Part shown: one piece after another, positions 17,235 through 27,900 of the stretch
How positions within the stretch are numbered: position 1 is the stretch's first letter
Layout: each line of letters opens with the position of its first letter
NCBI GenBank assembly: GCA_963742735.1
Contig: CAVUMN010000004.1
Coordinates: forward strand, 640,001-704,000
From: an uncultured Actinomycetes bacterium
GTDB taxonomy: Bacteria > Actinomycetota > UBA4738 > JBBDTT01
Reading direction: 5' to 3'
Length of the DNA: 64,000 nt
Notes under the pieces: generated by a model
The model's input: only the letters and a program-made list of their open reading frames with translations
Told to the model about the DNA's origin: nothing
The model's database searches: none
Translations under genes and position numbers: made by a program

Positions 17235-20200
17235 GTGAGCATCCCCGAGACCGCCACCGTCCTGTTCACCGACGTGGTCGGGTCGACCGACCTGGCGAAC
17301 CGCGTCGGCGACGCGGAGTGCCGGCGCCTGCTCGGGTCCCACGAGACCGTGATCCGCGAGGAGCTGGCCGCGCACGACGGCCGCGAGATCAAGACGATGG
17401 GCGACGGCTTCATGGTCTCGTTCCCGAAGCCCGAGGGCGGGCTGGCCTGTGCGGTGGCGGTCCAGCGCCGGCTGGCCGCGGAGGCCGAGGGCGTGAGCGT
17501 CCGTATGGGGCTGCACACGGGCGAGGTCACCGAGGAGCGGGGCGACCTGTTCGGCGTGGCCGTCAACGCCGCGGCCCGGGTCGCGGCGAAGGCGCGGGGC
17601 GGTCAGATCCTGGTGTCCGAGCCGCTGCTGGCCGCGCTCGACGGCCTGGAATCGGTGGACCGCGGACTGTTCTGGCTGAAGGGGTTCCCCGACCGGTGGC
17701 GCCTGTACGAGGTCCTGTGGCGGGAGGGGTCCGCGGGTGCCCAGGCCGCCGCCGGGAGCGATCGAACCCCCTTCGTCGCCCGCGACGACGAGCTGGCCGA
17801 CCTGCGCCGGGCGCTCGAGGCGGCCGCGGGTGAGCACGGCTCGCTCGTGCTGATCGGCGGCGAGCCGGGCGTCGGCAAGACGCGGCTGACCATGGAGCTG
17901 GCCGCCGAGGCCGACGCGATGGCGATGCGCGTCCTGACCGGCCACTGCGTCGAGCGAGAGGGAGCCGCCCCGTACATGCCGTGGGTGGAGGTGCTCGAGC
18001 AGGCCCTGGCCCGGGCGCAGAGCCCAGAGGCCTTCCGAGGGCTGCTCGGCGAGTCGGCCGGGGAGGTGGCCCGCATCGTCCCCGAGCTCCGGAGGGTGTT
18101 CGACGACATCCCCGCGCCGCTCGACCTGCCCCCGGAGCAGGAGCGGCGGTACCTGTTCAACTCCATCCGGGAGTTCATCGGGCGGGCGGCGGAGATCCGC
18201 CCGCTCCTGATCGTCCTGGACGACCTGCACTGGGCCGACGAGCCGACCCTGCTCCTGTTGGAGCACGTGGCCGAGGGTCTGGCCGGCGCGCCGGTGCTGG
18301 TGCTCGGCACGTACCGGGACGTGGAGCTCGAGGTGGGCCGTCCGCTGGCGCGCGCCATCGAGGACCTTCGCCGCCGCGGCCTCGCGCAGCGCCTGTCGCT
18401 CCGCCGGCTCGACGAGCGCGGCGTCGCCGACATGCTGCGCGGCCTGACCGGCCAGGATCCGCCCGCCGAGCTGGTCCGGGCGATCTACACCGAGAGCGAC
18501 GGCAACGCGTTCTTCGTCGAGGAGGTGTTCCACCACCTGATGGAGGAGGGCCGCCTGCTCGACGCGGCGGGCCGGTGGCGCACCGACGTCGCCGTAGCGG
18601 AGTTCGACGTGCCCGAGAGCGTGCGGCTGGTGATCGGCCGGCGGTTGGAGCGGGTCACCGAGGACGCCCGGAAGCTCCTGGCCGCGGCGGCGATCCTCGG
18701 CCGGGTGTTCGACGCGGCGGCGCTGGAGACCGTCGCCGGGGTGGACGAGGACCAACTGCTCGACGGGCTCGAGGAGGCCGAGCGCGCGCGGCTCGTCGCC
18801 GCCGTCGAGGGCCCGGGGGAGCGCTTCGAGTTCGCCCACGAGCTGATCCGCCAGACCCTCCTGGCCGAGGTGTCCACGCTCCGGCGCCAGCGGCTGCACC
18901 TTCGGGCCGCCGACGCGATCGAGGCGGGGGCCGAGGGACGACAGGAGGAGGTCGCGGCCGACCTCGCCTACCACCTGATGCAGGCGGGGGCGGGCGCGCC
19001 GGTCGAGCGAACGGCGAAGGCGTTGCACCTCGCCGGCACGCGCGCGCTCGAGGCGGTGGCCTTCGAGGGCGCCGTCGGCTACCTGGAGTCCGCGGCGTCG
19101 ATGCCGGGCGCGTTCGACGACCGAACCCGGGCGGAGCTGATGCACGGCCTGGGGCAGGCCTACGCGGGCGTCGGCCGGTGGGATGAGGCCCTCGAAGCTT
19201 GGGACCAGGCCCTCGACGGGTTCGAGCGGCTGAAGGACGAGGAGACGGTGGGCCGGATCGCCTACCCGATCTCCTACCAGCTGATCTGGGGCGCGAGGTT
19301 CGAGGACGCGTTGATGGCGGTGGGCCGCGGCCTCGGGGCCCTCGGCGATCGCGAGACCCTGGACCGGGTCCGGCTGCTCTCGAACGGTGCGCTGCTGTTC
19401 GGCGGCGGCGGGTACGCGGAGGCGTCGGAGCAGATGGCAGGCGATGCGCTCGCGATGGCCGAGCGACTCGGCGACGACCGGGTCCTGGGCGAGGTGCTCT
19501 CGACGCGGGCCATCGTTCGATGGCAGTTCTGCCGGTTCGCGGACACGGTCGAGCTCGGGCTGCGCGCCGCCGATCTGCTCCGCGCGGAGAACGCCCTCTG
19601 GGAGCTCGCCGCGAACCAGGGCTTCGTCGCCGTCGCCCTGGCGTGGTGCGGCCGCTTCGAGGAGACGCTCGAAGTGGCCGGCGAGGCGATCCGTCTGGGC
19701 GACCGCATCGGCCATCCGGGCGCGCACCTCACGGCGCATCGCGGCCGATTCAACGCCGAGTTCGTCGGCTCGGGCGACCTGGCCATCCTGGCCGCCGCGG
19801 CCGAGGAGGACCGCGACATCGCGACGGCCAACCAGCTTCCCTGGATCGCGCAGTCCTACGTGTGGATCGGCCTGGCCGCGTTCCTGCGCGGCGACTGGAG
19901 CCGCGCCCGCGAGTCGTTCGAGGAGGCCGTGCGCCGTGAACCTCCCGCCCCGCTGTTCACGGGGTGGGAGCGGGGCACGCTCATGTGGCTGCTGGCCCAT
20001 CTTGGCGACCAGGACGGCGCCCTCGAGCTGTGGTCGCGCGACGGGGTGGAGATTCCGGTCGAGGGAGAGGCCATCGGGCTCGGCGCCAGCGCGATGCTCC
20101 TGTTCGGTGTCGAGACGTTCGCGATCCTCGGCCGCCTCGAGGAGGCGGCGGCAGTGTACCCGGTGGTCCTCGCGCACTCGAAGGTTATCGACGCCCGGAT

Positions 20201-20495
20201 CTGGGATCTGGCTCCCACCAAGCGCATCGCGGCGGTGGCCGCGGCCTGCGCCGGTGACTTCGAGGCGGCGGAGCGGCTGTTCGATGCCGCCGAGGAGCAG
20301 GCGCGGGCCTGGCCCCACGTGATCGAGCGGGATGCCGAGGGGCCGCGGTGGCGGGCCTGGATGCTGCTCGAGCGGAACGGGCCCGGCGACCGGGAGCGCG
20401 CCGCGGAGCTCCTGACCGGCGCGATCGACCGGTATCGCGACCTCGGCATGCCGAGGCACGTCGAGCTGGCAGAGAGGATGCTGGCGAGCACATGA
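17235..20495 (+). CDS. Class III adenylate/guanylate cyclase-STAND ATPase-helical repeat protein, paralog 1 (1086 aa)
   Basis: FTDVVGST, KTMGDG, DLFG.AVN.AAR, LKG; Walker A GEPGVGKT; Walker B LDDLHWAD; GNAFF; F.HELIR; TPR-like C-terminal half. Confidence 0.9.
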   Translation: MSIPETATVLFTDVVGSTDLANRVGDAECRRLLGSHETVIREELAAHDGREIKTMGDGFMVSFPKPEGGLACAVAVQRRLAAEAEGVSVRMGLHTGEVTEERGDLFGVAVNAAARVAAKARGGQILVSEPLLAALDGLESVDRGLFWLKGFPDRWRLYEVLWREGSAGAQAAAGSDRTPFVARDDELADLRRALEAAAGEHGSLVLIGGEPGVGKTRLTMELAAEADAMAMRVLTGHCVEREGAAPYMPWVEVLEQALARAQSPEAFRGLLGESAGEVARIVPELRRVFDDIPAPLDLPPEQERRYLFNSIREFIGRAAEIRPLLIVLDDLHWADEPTLLLLEHVAEGLAGAPVLVLGTYRDVELEVGRPLARAIEDLRRRGLAQRLSLRRLDERGVADMLRGLTGQDPPAELVRAIYTESDGNAFFVEEVFHHLMEEGRLLDAAGRWRTDVAVAEFDVPESVRLVIGRRLERVTEDARKLLAAAAILGRVFDAAALETVAGVDEDQLLDGLEEAERARLVAAVEGPGERFEFAHELIRQTLLAEVSTLRRQRLHLRAADAIEAGAEGRQEEVAADLAYHLMQAGAGAPVERTAKALHLAGTRALEAVAFEGAVGYLESAASMPGAFDDRTRAELMHGLGQAYAGVGRWDEALEAWDQALDGFERLKDEETVGRIAYPISYQLIWGARFEDALMAVGRGLGALGDRETLDRVRLLSNGALLFGGGGYAEASEQMAGDALAMAERLGDDRVLGEVLSTRAIVRWQFCRFADTVELGLRAADLLRAENALWELAANQGFVAVALAWCGRFEETLEVAGEAIRLGDRIGHPGAHLTAHRGRFNAEFVGSGDLAILAAAAEEDRDIATANQLPWIAQSYVWIGLAAFLRGDWSRARESFEEAVRREPPAPLFTGWERGTLMWLLAHLGDQDGALELWSRDGVEIPVEGEAIGLGASAMLLFGVETFAILGRLEEAAAVYPVVLAHSKVIDARIWDLAPTKRIAAVAAACAGDFEAAERLFDAAEEQARAWPHVIERDAEGPRWRAWMLLERNGPGDRERAAELLTGAIDRYRDLGMPRHVELAERMLAST

Positions 20496-23400
20496 CCGAG
20501 AACGCCTCCGGGACGAAGACGATCCTGTTCACCGACGTCGAGGGATCGACCGGCCTCCGGACGCGCGTCGGGGACGACGCCGCCCATGCGGTCCTGCGGG
20601 AGCACGAGGAGCGCGTGCGCGAGCTGATCGCGAGCAACGGGGGCCGGGAGGTCAAGTCGCTCGGCGACGGCTTCATGGCCGCGTTCGTCTCGGCACGCTC
20701 GGCCGTCGACTGCGCGGTCGCCATCCAGCGCGCGTTCGAGGCCTTCGGCGAGGAGGGGCTGCGCGTGCGGGTCGGGGTCAACGCGGGGGACGTTCGCGAG
20801 GAGGCCGGGGACCTCTACGGCTCGGCGGTGAACGCGGCGGCCCGGATCGCCGCCGCCGCGAACGGGCGGCAGATCCTGGTGTCCGGCGTCGTCAAGGATC
20901 TGGCCGGCACGATGCCGGGCGTGCAGTTCGTGGACCGGGGCCTCTACTGGCTGAAGGGGTTCCCGGAGAAGTGGCGGCTGCACGAGGTGCAGTGGTCGGC
21001 GGGGCGGGCTCGGACCGCGTCGCCGCTGGGGCCGGCGGAGCGGACGCCGCTGGCCGGCCGCGAGGAGGAGATGGCGGACCTGCGGCGCCTGCTCGACCAG
21101 GCGCTGGCCGGCCGCGGAGCCCTCGTCCTGATCGGGGGGGAGCCCGGCCTGGGCAAGACCCGGCTCGCCGAGGAGATCCTCGAGGAGGCCTCGGGCCGGG
21201 GGTTCCTGGCGCTCACCGGCCGGTGCTACGAGATGGAGGGCGCTCCTCCGTACATGCCGCTCGTGGAGATCCTGCACACGGCGGCGAAGGTGGTCCCGCC
21301 CGAGGTGTTCCGGGAGGCGCTGGGCGACGCGGCGGGGGAGGTGGCCCGTCTGCTCCCGGAGCTCGGCCGGCTCTTCGCGGACATCCCCGCCCCGGTCGAC
21401 ATGCCGCCCGAGCAGGCCCGCCGGTACCTGCTGAACAGCCTCCGGGACTTCTTCGACCGCACCAGCCGCCGCCGCCCGCTGGTCCTGTTGCTCGACGACC
21501 TCCACTGGGCGGACGAGTCCTCGCTGTTGCTGCTGCAGCACACCGCCGAGCGCCTGGCCGACATGCCGGCCCTGATCATCGGAACGTACCGGGACGTCGA
21601 GCTGGACGTTGGACGCCCGCTGGCGATGAGCCTGGACTGGCTGCTTCGTCACCGGCTGGCCCACCGCGTGGCCCTGCACCGCCTGGGCGAGGACGGCATC
21701 CGCGACATGCTTACGGGCCTGGCCGGTCAGGACCCGCCGGACCCCCTGGTCAAGGTCATCTACTCCGAGACCGAGGGCAACCCGTTCTTCGTGGAGGAGG
21801 TGTTCCGACACCTCTCCGAGGAGGGCCGCCTGCTGAACGAGGAGGGCGGGTTCCGTGCCGACCTCATCATCGACGAGCTCGACGTGCCGGAGGGCGTCCG
21901 CCTGGTCATCGGCCGGCGCCTGCAGCGGCTCGAGGAGGACACGCGAAAGGTCCTCTCGGCGGCCGCGGTCCTCGGGCGGAGCTTCGAGTACGAGCTCGTG
22001 CGGGCGATGGACGGGTTGAGCGACGACCAGGTGCTCGACGCCGTGGAGGAGGCGGAGCGGGCCCGGCTGATCGTCCCCGCGGGGACCGGCTCCCGGTACT
22101 TCTTCGGACACGAGCTGATCCGGCAGACCTTGCTGTCCGGCCTGTCGCTGCCCCGGCGCCAGCGGCTGCACCTGCGGGCCGCCGAGGCGATCGAGAGCAC
22201 CCATTTCGTGGCGGGGGACGCCGCCGCCTCGGACCTGGCCCATCACCTGTTCCAGGCCGGGGCCGCCGCCGACCCGGACAAGACCGTGCGGGCGCTCGCC
22301 CTGGCCGGAGAGGTCGCCATGCGGACCATGGCGTTCGACGACGCCCTCCGGCACTTCGACAACGCGCTCGCCCTGGAGCCGGAGGACCCCCGGACCCGGG
22401 CCGGCCTGCTGCACGGACGGGCGCGAGCCCTGCGCAGCCACGGGCGGTGGGACGAGGCCCTCGATGCGTGGCGCGAGGCCCTCTCGCTCGCGGAGGCCGT
22501 CGGCGATCACGAGGCCACGGGCCAGATGGCCTGGGAGCTCGCCCATCAGCTCGCCTGGGCCACGCGCTGGCAGGAGGCCGCGGAGACGGCCGCGCGAGGG
22601 CTCGCCGGCCTGGGGGACGCCGAGACCGCGGAGCGCGCCCAGCTCACCCTGCTGTGTGGGATCGCCTTCGCGATGGGGGGCAACGGCGCCTTCGGGTGGC
22701 AGATGATCGAGGAGGGGGCGGCCCTCGCCGAGCGGCTGGGCGAGGGCGAGCTGATCGGGTATGCCGGCTACTGCCAGGCGATCTACCACTGGGCGTACTG
22801 GAACGCCGACGCGTGCGTCGAGGCCGGTCGCCGGGCGATCGAGCCGCTGCGCGCGGCGGGCGACCTATGGGACCTCGCCGCGCTTCTGGGCTTCATCGAA
22901 TTCATGCTGTTCGCCCAGGCCCGCACCGACGAGGCGCTGCCCGTCGCCCGAGAGAGCCTCGAGCTCTCCCAACGGCTGGGACATCGTGGAGCCGAGCTGA
23001 TCCCCGGACGAACGATCGCCTACCTGGAGCTGTTCTTCGACGGTCGATGGGAGGAGTTCGACGCCTATCTCGATCGCGACATCGAGATCTGCCGCACGAT
23101 CGAGTCGCCGTTCATCCACGACGCCTACTCGTGGAAGGGGATGGTCGCGCACGCGCGGGGGGACTGGGCGGAGGCCCTCGCGTGGTACGAGCGCGGGGCC
23201 GAGGAGGCCGTGCCGGGCCTGTGGGCGCCGATCCATCCCATGTTCCTCGCCCGTCACCTGGCCCGGATGGGCGACGGGGACCGGGCGCGCGGACTGATCG
23301 AGGAGCACCTGCCGTTCCTGCCTCGCCCGTCCGAGGGGCCCGTCTCGCTTGGATCGTGGGTGACCCTCTCGCTCGTGGTGGACGCCTTCGTCGAGCTCGG

Positions 23401-23770
23401 CGAGGACGAGCGGGCGGCGGAGCTGTATCCGCTGACCCTCGACTACCTGGCCGCCGGAAGCGTCGGCCAGCCCTACGAGCCTCTCCCGGTCGAATTCCTC
23501 GCTGGGCTCGCCGCCGCCGCGGGCGGCCGGTGGGACGACGCCGAGGCCCACTACGACCGGGCCCTCGAGGGGGCCGCGGCGTACGGAAACCGCGTCGCGG
23601 ACCCGGACATCCGCTCCCGGCTTGCCGCCACGCTGCTGGGTCGGAACGGGCCCGGCGATCGGGAGCGCGCCGTGGAGGTCCTCGGCGAAGCGATCGACCG
23701 CTATCGCGACCTCGGCATGCCCAAGCACGCGGAGCGCGCGGAGGGCATGCTTCAGCGAGCCGAGCCATGA
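20492..23770 (+). CDS. Cyclase-STAND ATPase-helical repeat protein, paralog 2 (1092 aa)
   Basis: ATGA overlap with paralog 1; FTDVEGST, KSLGDG, DLYG.AVN.AAR, LKG; GEPGLGKT; LDDLHWAD; GNPFF. Confidence 0.9.
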   Translation: MTENASGTKTILFTDVEGSTGLRTRVGDDAAHAVLREHEERVRELIASNGGREVKSLGDGFMAAFVSARSAVDCAVAIQRAFEAFGEEGLRVRVGVNAGDVREEAGDLYGSAVNAAARIAAAANGRQILVSGVVKDLAGTMPGVQFVDRGLYWLKGFPEKWRLHEVQWSAGRARTASPLGPAERTPLAGREEEMADLRRLLDQALAGRGALVLIGGEPGLGKTRLAEEILEEASGRGFLALTGRCYEMEGAPPYMPLVEILHTAAKVVPPEVFREALGDAAGEVARLLPELGRLFADIPAPVDMPPEQARRYLLNSLRDFFDRTSRRRPLVLLLDDLHWADESSLLLLQHTAERLADMPALIIGTYRDVELDVGRPLAMSLDWLLRHRLAHRVALHRLGEDGIRDMLTGLAGQDPPDPLVKVIYSETEGNPFFVEEVFRHLSEEGRLLNEEGGFRADLIIDELDVPEGVRLVIGRRLQRLEEDTRKVLSAAAVLGRSFEYELVRAMDGLSDDQVLDAVEEAERARLIVPAGTGSRYFFGHELIRQTLLSGLSLPRRQRLHLRAAEAIESTHFVAGDAAASDLAHHLFQAGAAADPDKTVRALALAGEVAMRTMAFDDALRHFDNALALEPEDPRTRAGLLHGRARALRSHGRWDEALDAWREALSLAEAVGDHEATGQMAWELAHQLAWATRWQEAAETAARGLAGLGDAETAERAQLTLLCGIAFAMGGNGAFGWQMIEEGAALAERLGEGELIGYAGYCQAIYHWAYWNADACVEAGRRAIEPLRAAGDLWDLAALLGFIEFMLFAQARTDEALPVARESLELSQRLGHRGAELIPGRTIAYLELFFDGRWEEFDAYLDRDIEICRTIESPFIHDAYSWKGMVAHARGDWAEALAWYERGAEEAVPGLWAPIHPMFLARHLARMGDGDRARGLIEEHLPFLPRPSEGPVSLGSWVTLSLVVDAFVELGEDERAAELYPLTLDYLAAGSVGQPYEPLPVEFLAGLAAAAGGRWDDAEAHYDRALEGAAAYGNRVADPDIRSRLAATLLGRNGPGDRERAVEVLGEAIDRYRDLGMPKHAERAEGMLQRAEP

Positions 23771-24939
23771 CCGAGACCGCGACCATCCTGTTCACGCACG
23801 TCGAGGGGGCCACCGCGCTGCGCGCGCGCGCCGGCGACCAGGCCACCGATCAGGCGCTGGCCGCCCACGAGGCGATCGTGCGCGAGGCCATCGAGCGCCA
23901 CGGCGGGCGCGACGCCGTCTCGTTCGAGGAGGGGTTCACGGCGGCGTTCGTGACCCCTCGGGCCGCGGTCGACTGCGCGGCGGCGATCCAGCGGGCGATG
24001 GACGCGTACGCCGACGAGGGGCTGCGGATCCGTGCCGGCGTCCACCACGGACCCGTCGAGGAGGGACCCGAGGGAGCCGTTGGCCCCGGCGTCACCGGCG
24101 CGGCCGCGATCGTGGCCGCCGCCCGGGGCCGTCAGATCCTGGTCTCCGACGAGGTTCGCGAGCTGGCCGGCACGATGCCCGGCCTCCAGTTCGTTGACCG
24201 CGGTGAGTTCCGGTTCTCGGCAGACGGCGAGCCGACCCGGGTCCACGAGGTCCTGTGGTCGATCCGCCGGGAGCGGACGGCCTCGCCGATCCCGCAGGCC
24301 ACCACGCCGTTCGTCGGCCGCGAGGCCGAGCGGGACGAGCTTCGGGAGGTCCTCGACGCGGCGCTGGCCGGCCGCGGCTCGCTGGTGATGATCTCGGGCG
24401 ACGCGGGGGTGGGGAAGTCCCGCCTGGCCGAGGACCTGGCCGAGGAGGCGTCGCGCCGTGGGTTCCTGGCCCTCTCCGGTCGCTGCGAGGACCTGGAGGA
24501 CCCTCCCGCGTTCATGCCGCTGCTCGAGATCCTGCGGACCGCCATGAGCCTGGTGCCGCAGCAGGTGTTCCGCGAGTCGATGGGGGCCGCATTCTCGGGG
24601 ATCGCCAGCCTGCTCCCGGAGCTCGCCGAGGAGCCGCCGTCCGGCGCGGCGCCCGATCGGGAGGCGCTCCTGGACGCATGCCGGGACTTCCTGGAGCGCA
24701 CGAGCCGGCGGCGTCCGACCCTGTTGATCCTGGAGCACCTCCAGTGGGCCGACGCGGAGAGCGTCGCCCTCATCAGACACTCGGCCGACCGGCTCGCCCA
24801 GCTCCCGGCGGTGCTGGTGGGACTGTACCGCCCGGGCGGCCTGACCGAACGGCCCCTGGGTGCGGCCCTCGACGGGCTGCTGTCCCTGCCCGTCGTTCGG
24901 AGCCTTGAGCTTCAACGGTCGGTCCCCGGAACACCGTGA
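23767..24939 (+). CDS. Degenerate cyclase plus NTPase domain only, paralog 3 (390 aa)
   Basis: ATGA overlap upstream and GTGA downstream. Cyclase motifs altered (FTHVEGAT, VSFEEG, VTGAAAI); Walker A GDAGVGKS intact; Walker B reads LEHLQWAD. Confidence 0.85.
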   Translation: MTETATILFTHVEGATALRARAGDQATDQALAAHEAIVREAIERHGGRDAVSFEEGFTAAFVTPRAAVDCAAAIQRAMDAYADEGLRIRAGVHHGPVEEGPEGAVGPGVTGAAAIVAAARGRQILVSDEVRELAGTMPGLQFVDRGEFRFSADGEPTRVHEVLWSIRRERTASPIPQATTPFVGREAERDELREVLDAALAGRGSLVMISGDAGVGKSRLAEDLAEEASRRGFLALSGRCEDLEDPPAFMPLLEILRTAMSLVPQQVFRESMGAAFSGIASLLPELAEEPPSGAAPDREALLDACRDFLERTSRRRPTLLILEHLQWADAESVALIRHSADRLAQLPAVLVGLYRPGGLTERPLGAALDGLLSLPVVRSLELQRSVPGTP

Positions 24940-27900
24940 GCCGCCCCGAACCCGCGAATGGGGGCGAGACCACCAACACGACGATCCTGTTCACCGACGT
25001 CGAGGGATCCACGGACCTGCGCACCCGTCTGGGCGACGAGGCCGCCAATCGCGTCCTGGCCGACTGCGAGCGCAGCGTTCGGGACGCCGTCGAGGCGAAC
25101 GGCGGTGAGGTCGTGAAACAGCTCGGAGACGGCGTCATGGCCACGTTCCAGTCGGCGCGCGCCGCGGTCCTGGCCGCCGTCGATGTGCAGGCGCGGACCG
25201 CCCGGGACGGCCCGCGGGTCCGCGTCGGCGTGCACTTCGGCGAGGTGGCGCGGGAGGGCGGCGACCTGCAGGGCGCGGCGGTCCACGCGGCGGCGCGCAT
25301 CATGGCGAGCGCCGCGGGCGGCCAGGTCCTGATCTCCGAGCGTGCCCGGGACATGGCCGGCCTCCTGCCGGAGGGCACGCGCCTGATCGACCGCGGCCTG
25401 TTCTGGCTGAAGGGGTTCCCCGAGCGGTGGCGCCTGGTCGAGGTCCTCGGAGAGTCGGCGGACGAGGGTGTGGTTGCGTCTGCCGGCGGCGCGCCGTACG
25501 TCGGCCGCGACGACGAGCTCGCGGACCTCCGCCGGGCCCTGGAGGCCGCGGACGGGGGGCACGGGTCGCTGGTGATGATCGGCGGCGAGCCCGGCGTCGG
25601 GAAGACCCGGCTGGCGGAGGAGACGGCCGCGTTCGCCCGCCGCCGAGGCATGCTGGTGTTCACCGGCCGGTGCTCCGACATGGAGGGGGCACCCCCGTAC
25701 CTGCCCTTCGTCGAGATCCTCGAGGCGGTCGCCCGGTTCGTTCCCCTCGACGCGCTGCGCGCCGCGCTCGGGGAGACCGCGGGGGACGTCGCCCGGGTCG
25801 TGCCCGAACTCCGCCGTCTGCTCCCGGACCTCCCGCCGGCGGCCGACCTTCCGCCGGAGCAGGAACGCCGCTACCTCCTGAACGCGGTCCGCGACGTGCT
25901 CGCCCGCTCGGCCCGGATGCACGCCCTGGTCCTGATCCTCGACGACCTGCACTGGGCCGACGAGCCGTCGCTGCTGCTGCTCGAGCATCTCGCCGAGCTG
26001 CTTCCCGAGCTCCCGTGCCTGGTCGTGGGGACCTATCGCGACGTCGAGCTCGAGGTGGCACGCCCCCTGGCCCGGACCCTCGAGTCCCTCCTGCGCCGCA
26101 AGCTCGCCGCGCGGGTGTCGCTCCACCGGCTCTCGGAGGACGCGGTGCGCGAGCTCCTTGCCGCCCACGCCGGCCAGCACCCGCCGGAGGGGCTCGTCAA
26201 GGTGGTGTTCGCGGAGACCGAGGGCAACCCGTTTTTCGTCGAGGAGGTGTTCCGCCACCTCGCCGAGGAGGGCCGGTTGTTCGACGAGTCCGGCCGGTTC
26301 CGCACGGACCTGGAGATCTCCGAGGTGGACGTGCCCGAGGGCGTCCGGCTGGTGATCGGGCGGCGTCTCGACAGGCTGTCGGAGGCCGCTCGAGAGGCCC
26401 TCACCGCCGGCGCGGTCCTTGGCCGGGTGTTCCCGTTCGCGCTACTGGCCACGGTCGCGGAGCGCGAGAACGAGGAGCTGCTCGACGCTATCGACGAGGC
26501 GGAGCGGGCGAAGCTCCTGGCCCCGGCCGGCCACGGTCGCGACGAGCGGTACGCGTTCTCGCACGAGCTCGTGCGACAGACCCTGCTCGCCGGGGTGACC
26601 TCCGCGCGCCGGCGCCGGCTCCACCTGCGCGCCGCCGAGGCGATCGAGGCCGCTCACGGCGAGTCGCCCGAACACGCCGCCGACGTCGCGCATCACCTGC
26701 TCACGGCGGGCGCGACGGCGGACCCCGCGCGGACGGTTCGGTGGCTACGGATGGCCGGGGAGCGCGCCCTGGAGGCGGCGGCGTTCGAGGACGCGGCCCG
26801 GCACCTGGAGGCAGCCCTCGAGCTCGAGACGGGGCTCGACGACGCCGCCGAGGCCGACCTGCGGTTCTCGCTCGGCATCGCCCAGCGGGGAGCCGGCCGG
26901 TGGGAGGACGCCCTGGCCACGTGGATGGACACGCTCGGCCGGTTCCGGGCCCTCGGCGAGCGCGAGCGCCTGGCCGAGGTTGCGTGGCACGTGGGCTACC
27001 AGCTGCTGTGGGCCGGCCGCGAGGAGGTCCTGGCTCAGGTCCTGACCGAGGCGCTCGTGGACCTGGAGGGCAGCGACTCGGCCGGCCACGCGCGGCTCCT
27101 CCTCGGCGCGGCCGTGGGGTTTGCCACCGTCGCCCAGCTCGCCGGTTCGGAGCTGATGCTGGGCAAGGCCGAGGCGATGGCGGGAACCCTGAACGACGAC
27201 GTGCTGAACCGCGACCTCGACCAGGCCCGCGCGGTCGTTCACTGGACCTTTCCGGGGCTCGCCGAATGCATCACCGCGGCCCGCCGCGCCGAGGTCCGGA
27301 TGGAGGCGGCGGGAGCTCTGTGGGATCTGGCCAACATCCGGAGCTTCATCGTCGCCGCCCAGATCCTTTCCGGCGAGGTCGAGGAGGCGATCGCCCTCGG
27401 CGGGCCGACGCTGGAGCTCGCCGACCGGCTCGGGCACGTCGGCGCACACATCTACGTCAGCCGCGCGCTCGATCCGACTCGGGCGCAGACGAGTGGCGAC
27501 GCGAAGGGACTCCTGGTCTCGATGGAGTCCGAAGCCACGCTGGCCCACGACGCCGGGATCGTGTGGGCCGAGTCGAACGCGGTGTGGCACTGCGCCATCG
27601 CCGAGCTCTGGCTGGGCCACTGGGACGACGCGCTGGCCAGGGGACGCGACGGGATGACCCGGAAGATCCCCGCGGGCTACGAGGGCTGGGGCGACGGGGT
27701 GCTCGCCGTGATCCTCGCCCTCGCCGGCCCGCGCGAGGAGGCCGTCGCGTGGATCGAGGCACGGCTCGACAGGGTCCCGACGCCTGGAGAACGGGGGACG
27801 ATCGGAGCGTGGATGCTGGCGCTGTTCCTGACGGAGGCGCTCGCCGTAGTCGGGAACTGGGACCGGCTCGCGTCCCTCGCGCCCGTCATGGAGGGTCTCC

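Noticed and set aside
16059-22789. Very long antisense ORFs (1466 aa and 977 aa) opposite the STAND genes
   Set aside because: Shadow ORFs expected in high-GC3 DNA; no motifs, and the sense genes are well supported.
20971-23766. 5' part of the 1322-aa ORF
   Set aside because: Arg/Gly/Pro-rich off-frame run inside paralog 2; the real gene starts at the ATGA at 23767.
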